64,000 nucleotides of DNA. Origin: Squalus acanthias. Lineage: Eukaryota. Under the pieces are notes generated by a model. It was not told the DNA's origin and ran no database searches. It worked only from the letters and a program-made list of their open reading frames with translations. The stretch lies in assembly GCA_030390025.1 (NCBI GenBank), contig CM059431.1, positions 150,414,001 to 150,478,000 on the forward strand, written 5' to 3'. The position numbers were made by a program, and so were the translations under genes. The number at the start of each line of letters is the position of its first letter. The stretch's first letter is position 1. This document shows, one piece after another, positions 46,641 to 58,744 of the stretch.

Positions 46641-47360
46641 CTCAGGACACACTCTCTCTCTCTCTCTCTCTCTCTGTCCCAGGACACTCTCTCTCTCTCT
46701 CTCTGGCCCAGGACACACACACTCTCTCTCTGGCCCAGGACACACTCTCTCTCTCTCTGGCCCAGGACACACACTCTCTCTCTCTGGCCCAGGACACACT
46801 CTCTCTCTCTCTGGCCCAGGACACACACACACACTCTCTCTCTCTCTCTCTCTCTGGCCCAGGACACTCTCTCTCTCTCTCTCTCTCTCTCAGGCCCAGG
46901 ACACACTCTCTCTCTCTCTCTCTGTCCCAGGACACTCTCTCTCTCTCTCTCTCTGACCCAGGACACACTCTCTCTCTCTCTCTCTCTCTCTCAGGTCCAG
47001 GACACTCTCTCTCTCTCTCTCTGGCCCAGGACACACACACACACACTCTCTCTCTCTCAGGCCCAGGACTCTCTCTCTCTCTCTCTCTCTCTGGCCCAGG
47101 ACACACACTCTCTCTCTCTCTCTCTCTCTCTCAGGCCCAGGACACACTCTCTCTCTCTCTCTCTCTCTCTCTCAGGTCCAGGACACTCTCTCTCTCTCTC
47201 TCTCTGGCCCAGGACACACACACACACTCTCTCTCTCTCTCAGGCCCAGGACTCTCTCTCTCTCTCTCTCTCTCTCTGGCCCAGGACACACACTCCCTCT
47301 CTCTCCCTCTCTCTCTCTCAGGCCCAGGACAAACTCTCTCCCTCTCTCTCTGGCCCAGGA

Positions 47361-47416
<56 letters not shown>

Positions 47417-47502
47417 AGGCCCAGGACACACACTCTCTCTCTCTCTCTCTCTCTCTCTGGCCCAGGACACTCTCTCTCTCTCTCTCTCTCAGGCCCAGGA
47501 CA

Positions 47503-47533
<31 letters not shown>

Positions 47534-47625
47534 GCAGGACACTCTCTCTCTCTCTCTGTCTCTTTCTCTCTCAGGCCCAGGACTCTCTCTCTCTCTCTCT
47601 CTCTCTCTCTGGCCCAGGACACACA

Positions 47626-47658
<33 letters not shown>

Positions 47659-47806
47659 GTCCAGGACACTCTCTCTCTCTCTCTCTCTCAGGCCCAGGAC
47701 ACACTCTCTCTCTCTCTGGCCCAGGACACTCTCTCTCTCTCTCTCTCTCTCTCTCAGGCCCAGGACACACTCTCTCTCTCTCTCTCTCTCTCTGGCCCAG
47801 GACACA

Positions 47807-47842
<36 letters not shown>

Positions 47843-48500
47843 CCCTGTACATACACACACTCTCTCTCTCCCCCTCTCTCTCTCAGGCCCAAGACAAACT
47901 CTCTCCCTCTCTCTCTGGCCCAGGACACACACTCTCCCTCTCTCTCTGGCCCAGGACACTCTCTGTCTCTTTCTGGCCCAGGACTCTCTCTCTCTCTCTC
48001 TCTCCCTCTCAGGCCCAGGACACACGTGCTCTCTCTCTCTCTCTCTCTCTGGCCCAGGACACACACTCTCCCTCTCTCTCTGGCCCAGGACACTCTCTGT
48101 CTCTTTCTGGCCCAGGACACACTCTCTTTCTCTCCCTCTCAGGCCCAGGACACACACACTCTCTCTGTCCCTCTCTCTCTCTGTCTGTCTCTGTCTCTGC
48201 CCCTGACTGTCTCTCTCTTCCTGCCTCTCTCTCTCTCTCTCTGCCGCTCTCTCTCTGTCTTTCCGCTTTCTCTCTCTCTCTGTCTGTGTCACACACTCTC
48301 TGTCGCTCTCGGTGTCTGTTTCGCTCTCTCGGTCTGTCGCTCTCTCACTCTATCTCCCTGTATGTTGCTCACTCTATCACTCCGTCTGCTGCTACCTCTC
48401 TCTCTCTCTCTCTGTCGCTCTATCTGTCGCTGCCTGTCTCTTTCTCTCTGTCACTCTCTGTCGCTCTCTCTCTCACTCTCTCCCTCTCTCTCTGATGCTC
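46635..48500. repeat. Compound microsatellite GGCCCAGGAC(AC)n(TC)n grading into CT-rich sequence
   Basis: Directly visible. Confidence 0.95.
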
Positions 48501-49254
48501 TCTTAAAATTAATTGTATCCATCGGCAGCTAACATAACATGAGAACGTTCCCTATATTTGTCTTTGTTTCACTGTATAAGTTACACTGTTATGTGAAACA
48601 CCATTTGCCGACCTGTGTCTGTTCCCCGACTGAGGCAGTGCAGAAGTCCAGCTTTGCACCAAATCTCCCGAGTTTACTATTTGACTCTCTCCAGTATAAT
48701 GCTGGGGTACATTTTCCACTTGCCCCCCGGGTCGCCCATTGCAGAAACAGACAGAATGTCACTTACTTTGGGCGACACCGTCTCGTTCAATCTTCAGAAC
48801 TACACTGAGGGGGTCCGGCTCTGTCGGAGATGCAGAGTCTGAGTGAGTTGTGAAAGCTGGGCTTTATCCGGGTGAGTGCAGCAGATATCTTGGAAATCCT
48901 TCAAAGAAGACCAGGAAACTCTCCAGGTGATTTGTCCATATTTTCTCTGTTAATAATCTGCATTAAAACAAATACATTGGAAAGACATGCCATTGGCTGA
49001 TTGTGGAACCTTGCTGTGTGCTTATTGGCTGGGACTCTCCCACACAGGAACAGAAACTGAACGTCACAAAGTGAAGTGATTCAGTGGCTGTGAAGTGATT
49101 CGAAACAACGGCGTCTTTCCTTCTTTCCTTATTACCTCCTTCCCTCCTTTCCATCTTTCATCTTTCCTTCTTCCCGTAATTCCCTCTTTCCTTCTTATGT
49201 CCTTTCCTCCTTTCCTTCTTCCTTTCTTTCCTCCTTTCCTTCTTTCCTGGTAAC

Positions 49255-50700
49255 AGGGCACTTAGTAAATAATAATAGGATTGGGCAGAGTCAACACGGT
49301 TTTATAAAAGGGAAATCGTGTTTGACAAATCTGTCAGAGTCTTTTGAGGTTGTAACCAGCAGAATCGATAAGAGGAAACCAGTGGATGTGGTGTATTTGG
49401 ATTTTCAGAAGGCATTCGATAATGTGCCAGCGAGAGGTTATCAAACAAAATGAAGGCTCATGGGATTGGGGGTAATATACTAGCATGGATTGAGGATTGG
49501 GTTTTGGACAGAAAACAGAGAGTAGGAATAAACAGGTCATTTTCGGGTAGGCAGGCTGTAACTAGTGGGGTACCGCAAGGATCAGTGCTTGGGCCTTAGT
49601 TATTCATAATTTAAATCAATGATTTGGATGAGGGGATCAAATGTAATATATCCAAGTTTGCTGATGATACAAAGCTGGGTGGGAATGTAATTTGTGAGGA
49701 GGATGCAAAGATGCGTCAAGGGAATATAGACAGGCTAAGTGAGTGGGCAAGAACATGGCAAATGGAATATAAGGTGGAATTCTCTACCCAAGAGGGATGT
49801 GGAGGCTCAGTCGTTGAGTGTATTCAAGACAGGCAACGATAGATTTCGGGATATTAAGGGAATCAGGGATATGGGGATTGTGCAGGAAAGTGGAGTTGAG
49901 TTTGATGATCAGCCATGATCTTATTGAATTGTGGAGCAGGCTCGAGGGGCCAAATGGACTATTCCTGCTCCTATTTCTTATGGCCCTATGTTCTTATTTA
50001 CTCATATTCAATTTTCTGCCTTTTTAACAATTGTTTTAGTCATCCTTTGCTGGCTTCTAAAGCTCTCCCAATTCTCAGGCTTACTACTATTCTTTGCAAC
50101 ATTATAAGCCTCTTTTAATCTAATACTTTCCTTTCCTTCTTTCCTAATTTTGCTCCTCTTTTCCTCCTTTTCTGTTTTCTTTCTTTGTTTCCTTCTTTCC
50201 TTCCTTCCTTCTTTCTTTCTTTCTTTCTCTCTGTCTCTTTCTTTCCCTTTTTGCTTTCCTTGATTCATTCCTTCTTTCTTTTTCCGCTCTTTACTTTTTC
50301 TTTCTTTCTGTCTGTTCTCCTTTCCTACTTTCCTTTGTTCCTCCTTTCACTATTTCCTTATTTCCTCCATCCTTTCTTTCTTTCTTTCTTTCTTTCATTC
50401 TTTCCATCTTTCCTTGTTGCTTTTCTGCTTCCCTTGTTTCATTCCTTCTTTCCTTTTTCTTTCCTTCTTTCCACCTTTCCTCCTTTCACTTTTTCCTGCT
50501 TTCCTTCGTTCACTTTTTCCTCCTTTTCTTCTTTCCTCCTTTCCTTCTTTCCCTTTCCTCCTTTCCTACTTTCCACCTTTCCTCCTTTCACTCCTTCCTC
50601 ATTTCCTTCATTCCTGATTTGCTTTTTTCCTCCTTCCCATCTTTTCTCCTTTCCTCCTATCCTCCTCACATCCTTTCTTCCTTCCTTCCTTTCTTTCTTA

Positions 50701-50767
<67 letters not shown>

Positions 50768-53700
50768 ATATCCAGACTTCCAGGTTTTAACCCTGTTCCT
50801 GGTGAAAGGACAGCGTCTGACGATCTTTATTACACAGTCTGCACCAGGCAAAGGAGCAAGTTATATCCCGTTTAGGCTGAGGTTGATATAAAATGGCAAT
50901 ATTCGACCCCCTTCAGAATAATTGTCCCTTCGGGGAGTGGAGGGCTATTGCACTGTGTCAGGTGAACCATATCAAGTGTTGGAAAGACAGTGTCTGACCC
51001 ATTCCCCTCAAGAGTCCCTGATCAAAGAGACAGGAAATCTTCACCCCTTGGGTCTGAGCAGGATTATGCCCAGGTCACAAATTTAAAATATACGTTTGCC
51101 ACTTTCGAGATTCGGTGCTTATACAAATGTTAAAACAAATATTCTTGTTGCTAATTTATAGAGCGCTCTCTGCATAGCCCACAAACCACAATCTCCAAAA
51201 TCTGAAAAGCTTTAGTCTGCACACAGCAAACATATCCGGTGGGGTTTGATGGTCATTTTCACATCCGAACTGCACACTGAGTCAAACAGCAAAACTTTCA
51301 ACATTCCTGCTGATTAAATATTGTCATCTGACGAATGACCAGAGGACACGAGGGACGTGCCATCAGGGATGGAGCTTTAATACAGAGAAAATAGAATAAT
51401 ATTAATCTCATAGTGCAAGACTGAGATAACAATAAATCAGTTCACTATTTGAAGGTTAAGAGTATTCTGGAGATTTGCAGCATTGTCTCAACGGGGTAAG
51501 TTTATATTTAGACTTAGATCATTAGTCTGATTTTTGATTATGCTGAAAAGTTGATGGAAGTTAATGCGATACCCAGTCCTAAAAAGGGAAAAAAATGTCC
51601 AATTCGGGTCCAGTCGATGCAGAGGGAGACTAAATCAATTTTAATAGCTTAAAATCAATAATTTTGCACAGAGGATCGACAATAAACATAGAATATAGGA
51701 AAGCTACGATAGAGTAATGAGAAACAAACAAAGACATAGGACAATCAAAAAGGGCATTTTATAGGCACGTTACTAATAAGAGGAGAATCGCAATAACTGT
51801 ATATATTAATGACCTGGACTTGGGTGGACAGGGAATAAGTTCATAGTCTGCAGCTGACAAAAAACTGGGAAATGTAGCAAACAGTGAGGAAGATAGTAAC
51901 AGACTTCAGGAGGAGACAGACTGGTGAAATGGGCAGACACACAGCAGATGGAATTTAACGCCGAAAATTGTGGAAGTGATGCATTTTTGTAGGAAGAAGG
52001 AGGAGAGGCAATATAAACGAAAAGGTATCATTTTAAAAGAGGTACAAGAACAGAGAAGCCTGGGGGTATACGTACACAAATCTACTAGTTAGGCCTCACC
52101 GAGAGAATTGTTTCCAATTCTGGGCACCAGACTTTAGGCAGGCTTTGGAGAGGGTGCAGAGGAGGTTTACCAAAATGATACCGGGGATGAGGTACTTCAG
52201 TTATGTGGAGAAACTAGAGATGCTGGGATTGTATTCCTGTGAGCAGTGAAGGTTAAGGGGAGATTTAATAGAGGTGTGCAAAATTATGAGGGTGTTTGAT
52301 AGCGTAGATAGAGAGAACATGTGTCCAGTGGCAGTAGGGTCGGTAATCAGAGAACATGGATTTAGGATAATTGGCAAAAGAAACAGAAGCAATGAATTGT
52401 TATGATCTGGAACGCACTGCCTGAATGGGTGGTGGAAACAGATTCAATAGCAACTTTCAAAAGGCCATTGGATAAATACTTGAAGGGGAAAAACATTGCT
52501 GGTATATAGGGAAAGAGCAAATGAATGGGACTAATTGAATAGCTCTACCAAAGAGCCGGCACTGGTGCGATGGCCCGAATGGCCTCCTGCTGTGCTGTAT
52601 CATTTCACGATTCTAAGAACAAGCTTGATCTAGTACATCGCGTACAGAGGGACCTACGGGTGCATGTACACAAATCTTTGAAGGTGACAGGGGAATTTGA
52701 GAAGCTCTACCAAAGAGGCTGCAAAGGGATATAGACAGTTTAATGAGTGGGCAAGAAGGTTGCAGTTGGAATATAAGGTGGAGAAATGTGAAGTTATCCA
52801 CTTTGGCTGGAAAAATAGAAAAGCAGAATATTTTTTAAAAGCTGAGAGACTGGGAAATATTGGTATTCAGAACGACCTGGGTGTCCTTGTACATGAATCA
52901 CTGAAAGTCAACATGCAGGTACAGCAAACAATTAGCAAATAAAATGATGTGTTAGCCTTTATTACAAAGGGATTGGAGTATAAGAGGAAATAAATCTCAT
53001 TGCAATTAGATAGGGCCTTGGTGGGACCGCACCTGGAGTACTGTGAACAGTTATCGTCTCCTTACCTAAGGAAGGATAAACTTGCCATAGGGGGAGTGCA
53101 ACAAAGGTTCGTTAGACTGATTCCTGGGAAAAGGGTTAGTCCTATAAGGAGAGATTGGGTAGACTGGGCCTATATTCCCTAGAATCTAGAAGAATGAGAG
53201 GTGAACTCATTGAAACATATGAAATTCTTAAGGGGCTTGTAGGTGCCGGGAGGATGTTTTCCTGCGCTGAAATAGGGGTCACAGTCTCAGGATAAGGGGT
53301 CAGTCATTTAAGACTGAGATGAGTAGAAATGTCTTCACTCAGATGGTGGTGAATCTTTGGAATTCTCTACCCCAGAGGCCTGTGGATAGTCGTTGATTAT
53401 ACTCTGGACAGAGATCGATAGATATTTGGATAGTAAGGGAATCAAGGGATATGGGGATAGGGCAGGAAAGAGGAGTTGAGGTAGAAGATGAGCCATGATC
53501 TTATTGAATGGCGGAGCAGGCTCGAGGGGCCGAATGGCCGACTCCTGCTTCTATTTCTTATGTTCTTATGTTCTCATAGGACCATCTTCTCATCCCAGGG
53601 ATCAATCTAGTGAACCTTCGTTGCACCCCTTCTGATGCAAATATATTCTTCCTCAGGTAAGGAGAGCACAATTGTACAAAGTACTCCAGGTGTGGTCTCA

Positions 53701-56305
53701 CTAATGCCGTGTATAATTGCTCTTACTCTTATATTCTTATGTTCTTATACACAAAGCCTTTGCAATAACATACCATTTGCCTTGATAATTGGTTGCTGTA
53801 CCTGCATGTTAACTTTCTGTGATTCTCAGATCCATGCTAGTATATTACCCCGAATCCCATGAGCCCTAATTTTGTTTAATGACCTCTTGTGTGGCAACTT
53901 ATCGAATGCCTTCTGAAAATCCAAATACACCACATTCACTGGTTCCCCCTAAAATGAGAGCGCATGGAATTGGAGGCAACCTTTTGGCTTGAATATGCTA
54001 TTGGTCAGGAGATCGTACACAGAGAGTTGGGATAATGGGTCTATGCTCAGATCGGCAGAATGTGACCAGTGGTGTTTCCCGGGGATCTGTCCCGGCGCCA
54101 CAGTTTTCCACTCTACTTATAAATGACTTGGATGAAGGAATAGAGAACAACATGTCCAAGTTTGCGGATGTGGCACTAAGTTATGTGACACAGTACATAA
54201 TGTAGATGGGAGGCGAAAGTTGCTAAGGGACGTTGATGGATTAAGTGAGTGGGCAAAACTGTGGGAGATGGAGTTCAATGTGGGAAAGTCCGAAGTCATC
54301 CACTTTGGACCAACGAAACATAGATCAGATTATTTTCTAAATAGTGAGATGTTAGCAACCGAGGAACTGTAGATGATCAGAGAGATTTAGTGGTCCAAGT
54401 ACCGAAATCACTCAAAGGTACAAAACATATTTTAAAAGGCTAATGTAATGTTGGCCTTTATCTCAAGAGGGCTGGAATATATAAGGGGTGGAGGTTATGT
54501 TACAGCTGTAGAGAACTCCGGTTAAACCCCATCAGGAGCACTGCACGCAGTGCTGGGCACCGCACTATTCCCTCTGGTGCGGGAGTCCAGAACAAGCCGG
54601 TATAATCTTTAAATTAGAGCTCGGCCGTTCAGGTCTGATGTCAGGAAGCAGTTCTTCACACAAAGGGTAGTGGAAATCTGGAACTCTCTGCCCCCAAAAA
54701 AGCTGTTGAGGCTGGAGGTGAATTGAAATGTTAAAAACTGAGATGGATAGATTTTTGTTAGGCAAGGGTATTAAGGGTTAGGGAACCAAGGCGGGTTCAT
54801 GGAGTTAAGATACAGATCAGCCATGTTATGATTGAATGGTGGAACAGGCTCGAGGGGCTGAATGGCCTCCTCCTGTTCCTATGTTCCTATGTGCATGTGT
54901 CTGTGTGTGTGTGTGTGTGGAAATGAAGCAAGGTTCTTGTTCCTGATTGCTGCTCTGCCAATATATATGTCTAGCTCTGTCCAGTGAAGAAGGATCCGAT
55001 TTTGCTTCATTACCAGTTCCTGCGAGTCAAGATCCTCAACCTCTCGCTGTTTAGCCTCCGCACGGGAATAAATGGGTCTGGGTGTTTGAACAGAGGTCTG
55101 GTTCCGCCTGCAGAACTTCAGCAAAGGGTCAGGAGCTTCCTGCAGCGTCCGTGCTTATGAAATTTAACGCCTTTAGCCTGTGCACATTTGGGAATGTAGT
55201 GAGCATAACTGAACATAAGAGCATGGGAAATAGGAGCAGGAGTAGACCATTCGGCCCTTCGAGCCTGCTCCGCCATTCAATAAGATCATGGCTGATCTTC
55301 TACCTCAACTCCCCCTTACCTCAGTATCCCCATATCCCTTGATTTCCTTAGTATCCAAAAATCTATCGATCACTGTCTGGAATATACTCAACGACTGAGC
55401 CTCCACAGCCCTCTGGCATGGTGAATTCCAAAGATTCACAAACCTTTAAGTGAAGAAATTTCTCTTCATCTCAGTCCCAAATGGCCAATAACTTATTCTG
55501 AGGCAGCTAGCCCAATACCTGGCCACATTTGGCATGCATGGCATGATAGTATAATCAACTGAGCCACTGCAGAAATCACATTTAACACCTGGAAGCTGTA
55601 CAAGGTGCTGCTATTTCGCTGAATCCACAGGGACTGGATGGTGCTGTGTCTAAAGTCTAAAGTATGTTCTCTCTTGTCTGTGTGTCAGTAACTGAATGTT
55701 TTTGTCCTCTTCTACCACGTGTGTGTCGCTGCCTGACTTAGGGCCTTGTTAACCTCCGCAAGAGTCCTACCTCAGCCCGTCTGTCACAGGACGATGTAAA
55801 TGCGTTGGAAGCAGTTCAGAGAAGGTTTACTAGACTAATACCTGGAATGGGCGGGTTGTCTTATGAGGAAAGGTTGGACAGGCTAGGCTTGTATCCGTTG
55901 GAGTTTAGAAGAGTAAGAGGTGACTTGATTGAAACATATAAGATCCTGAGGGGTCTGGACAGGGTGGATGTGGAGAGGATGTTTCCTCTTGTGGGAGAAT
56001 CTAGAACTAGGGGTCACTGTTTAAAAATAAGTGGTGGCCCATTTAAGACAGAGATGAGGAGAATTTTTTTCTCACAGACGGTCGTGAGTCTTTGGGACTC
56101 TTCCTCAGAGGGCGGTGGAAGCAGAGTCTTTGAATATTTTTAAGGCAGAGGTAGATAGATTCTTGATAAGCAAGGTTATCGGGGGTAGGCAGGGATGTGG
56201 AGTAATCAGATCAGCCATGATCTTATTGAATGGCGGAGCAGGCTCGAGGGGCCGAGTGGTCTACTCCTGCTCCTAATTCGTATGTCCGTCTGTATGTACG
56301 TATGT
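49255..56305. mobile_element. Run of decayed CR1 fragments with interspersed unique and CT-rich islands
   Basis: RT and C-terminal motifs at ~49255-49995, 51540-52610, 52700-53575, 53955-54890 and 55790-56305 (+); ~53575-53950 and 55210-55500 (-). Confidence 0.75.
50130..50770. repeat. Polypyrimidine low-complexity tract ending in (TTTC)n
   Basis: Directly visible. Confidence 0.95.
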
Positions 56306-57379
56306 TTATTTTTAGGATCCATTGGCTCCCCTTGTGTGAGCACAGGCCTGTGCCGCATCTCAAAGGTGTATGACTGGAGAGAGTGGGATTGAGCGGAGGA
56401 TTGACATGGACGGGGGGAGTGACGGGGGGATGTTCCATCACATACACTACCTGATCCACTTATAAGAGAGAGAGAGAAAGAGAGCGGGAGAGAAAGGGGA
56501 AGAGAGGGAGAGAGATAGAGGGAGGGAGAGAGAAAGAGAGAGAGATAAGGGGAGAGAGAAAGAGAAGGAGGGAGGATAAATATAGAGAGAGGGAGAGAAA
56601 ATGAGGGAGAGAGAGGGATAGAGAAAGCGAGGGAGTGGGAGAGAAGCAGAGAGAGAGGGGAAGAGAGTGAGGGAGAGCAAGACAGAACGAGAGGGAGAGA
56701 AAAATAGTGGGGAGAGAGAAAGAGAGAATGGAGAGAGAGAAAGAGAGGAGAGACATAGGGAGAGAAAGAAAGAGAGGAAGTAGTGAGAGGGAGATACTGA
56801 GAAAGGGAGGGATAGAGGAAACGGAGAGAAAGAGAGAGAGAGGTAGAGAAAGAGAGGGAAAGGGAGATAAACAGAGAGAGTACGAGGGAGCGAAAGAGAG
56901 AGAGAGAGAGCAAGAGATAAAGAACGAGAGAGAGGGAGCGAGAGGGGGAGAGCGAGAGGGAGAGAAAGAGCAAATGCACTTTGTGCTTTATTTGAACCCA
57001 ACTCTTCAAACCGAAGGACAGTGGCTGATTTATTGCCCCATTTTGTCTCTCCTCAGAGAGTAGATATTACCCTGCTCTTCATGGGTTATATTGCAATGCA
57101 GATTCTAGAGGGTGCAAGGGCTGGATCTGACCCACTCCACCGACAGAGGCAGAGAGAGAGAGAGAGAGAGAGGGTTTTATTGCACTGCAGATACTCGGGG
57201 TGAAAGGTCAGGATCTGACCCACTCCTCCATCAGAGAGAGAGAGGAGCTTTCACTCCAGTGGCTGGACTTGATATGATCCCAAGTGTCATGACAAAAAAA
57301 CAATACTTTTGATATTTCCAATGTTTGATGTTAATACAGGTTCCAATAAATAATTATTTATATATTTTCTCTATTTTAG

Positions 57380-57426
57380 AAAGCACTGAATTCTTTGAAA
57401 AGCTGACCACAGTTAACAGATTTCCG
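57380..57426 (+). CDS. Candidate 47-bp exon of an unidentified gene (copy 1)
   Basis: ttttctctattttag|AAAGC...TTTCCG|gtgagt; only one open frame, STEFFEKLTTVNRFP. Confidence 0.5.
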
Positions 57427-58392
57427 GTGAGTTTTCTTTGTACATTAGGCTCAGGAAGTACGAGCTGTTACTTGTGACACCTTCCTTCACGTGCTCACCA
57501 CAACCGACCAGCAAAGCTGCGATTTTTGGCCTGTGAACAGAACGATTCTTATCTGACGAACCACACGGGGAAAATGAGCATCCTTGCGATAAACAGTTCC
57601 CTGCTAAATTTGACACCAACATCACCAACAGACCCATACAAAAATAGAGCAAAGGAGTTTAGCTCTGGTACACGCTGTTTGAAAGAAAATAGACTATAAA
57701 TTCAAAGTAAGAAATCCAATGTACTGCATCTAAGCAGGAGGGAAATAGAGAAGGAGAGAAATAGGGAGAGAGGGAGGGAGAGAATGAAAGAGGGAGATAT
57801 AAAGAGAGAGGGAGGGAGAGACAGAGCGAGGAAGAGGGTAGAGAAAGAGATAGAAAGGGATAGAAACAGAGACAGTACGAGGGAGAGAAAGGAAAAGAAC
57901 GAGAGAGAGAAGAAAGAGAGAGGGAGAGGGGAGAAAGAGAGAGAAAGAGAGAGGAGGAAGAGAGGGATAAAATAAAAGAGAGAGAGAGAGAGAGAGGAAG
58001 AGAGGGAGGAAATAAAGAGAGAGAGAGAGAGAGAGATAGAGGAAGAGAGAGACAGAGAGAGACAGAGGGAGAGAAAGAGCTAATGTACTTTGCTCTTAAA
58101 TTGAACCCAACTTTCCAAAGCTAAGGACAGTGGGTGATTTATTTTCCCCTTTTGTCTCTCCTTGGAGACCAGATATCGCCCTGCTCTGTATGGATTCTAT
58201 TACAATGCAGATTCTATAGGGTGATAAGACAGGATCTGAACAACTCCACCATCAGGGAGAGAGAGGAGCTTTCACTCCACTGGCTGAACTTGATATGACC
58301 CCAAGTGTCATGGCAAAAATCTTGTGATATTCCCAATGTTTGATGGTAATACAGGTTGCAATAAATATTCTTTTATATATTCTCTCTTTTAG

Positions 58393-58439
58393 AAAGCATT
58401 GAATTCTTTGCAAAACTCACCACAGTCAACAGATATCCG
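58393..58439 (+). CDS. Candidate 47-bp exon of an unidentified gene (copy 2)
   Basis: ttctctcttttag|AAAGC...TATCCG|gtaagt; SIEFFAKLTTVNRYP. Confidence 0.5.
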
Positions 58440-58519
58440 GTAAGTTTTCTTTGTGCATTAGGCTCAGGAAGCACGAGCACTGATGTGTGACACCCGTCTT
58501 CACATGCTCACCACATTTC

Positions 58520-58742
58520 ATAGCGTCACAAAATCATAACGGCACAGAAGGAGGCCACTCGGCCCATCGAGTCTGTGCCGGCTCTCTGTAGAGCAATCCA
58601 GTCAGCCCCTTTCCCACGCTCTATCCCCGTAGCCCTGCAAGTTTATTTCCCTCAAGTGCCTATCCAGCCTGCCCTTGAAAACATTGAGTGTCTCCCCTTC
58701 CACTACTTCCGTCGGCAGTGAGCTTCAGGTACTCACCACTCG
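58520..58742 (-). mobile_element. CR1 3' end (same subfamily as 1360-1801)
   Basis: Minus strand ETLNVFKGRLDRHLREINLQGYG and matching 3' UTR. Confidence 0.8.
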
Positions 58743-58744
58743 CT

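Larger units (their letters stand above)
56465..58515. repeat. Diverged tandem duplication: GA-rich tract plus ~450-530 bp unique block, two copies
   Basis: 56965-57500 aligns by eye with 58075-58515; each is preceded by a purine tract (56465-56970, 57735-58080). Confidence 0.88.

Noticed and set aside
46371..48532. 611- and 697-aa Leu/Ser ORFs and ER-repeat ORFs
   Set aside because: (TC)n compound microsatellite.
48767..48804. Minus-strand 38-bp exon candidate with gtaagt donor
   Set aside because: Isolated, adjoins a decayed SINE remnant, and no partner exons were found.
51162..51238. AG...GT-bounded island resembling the 47-bp exon end
   Set aside because: Stop codons in all three frames.
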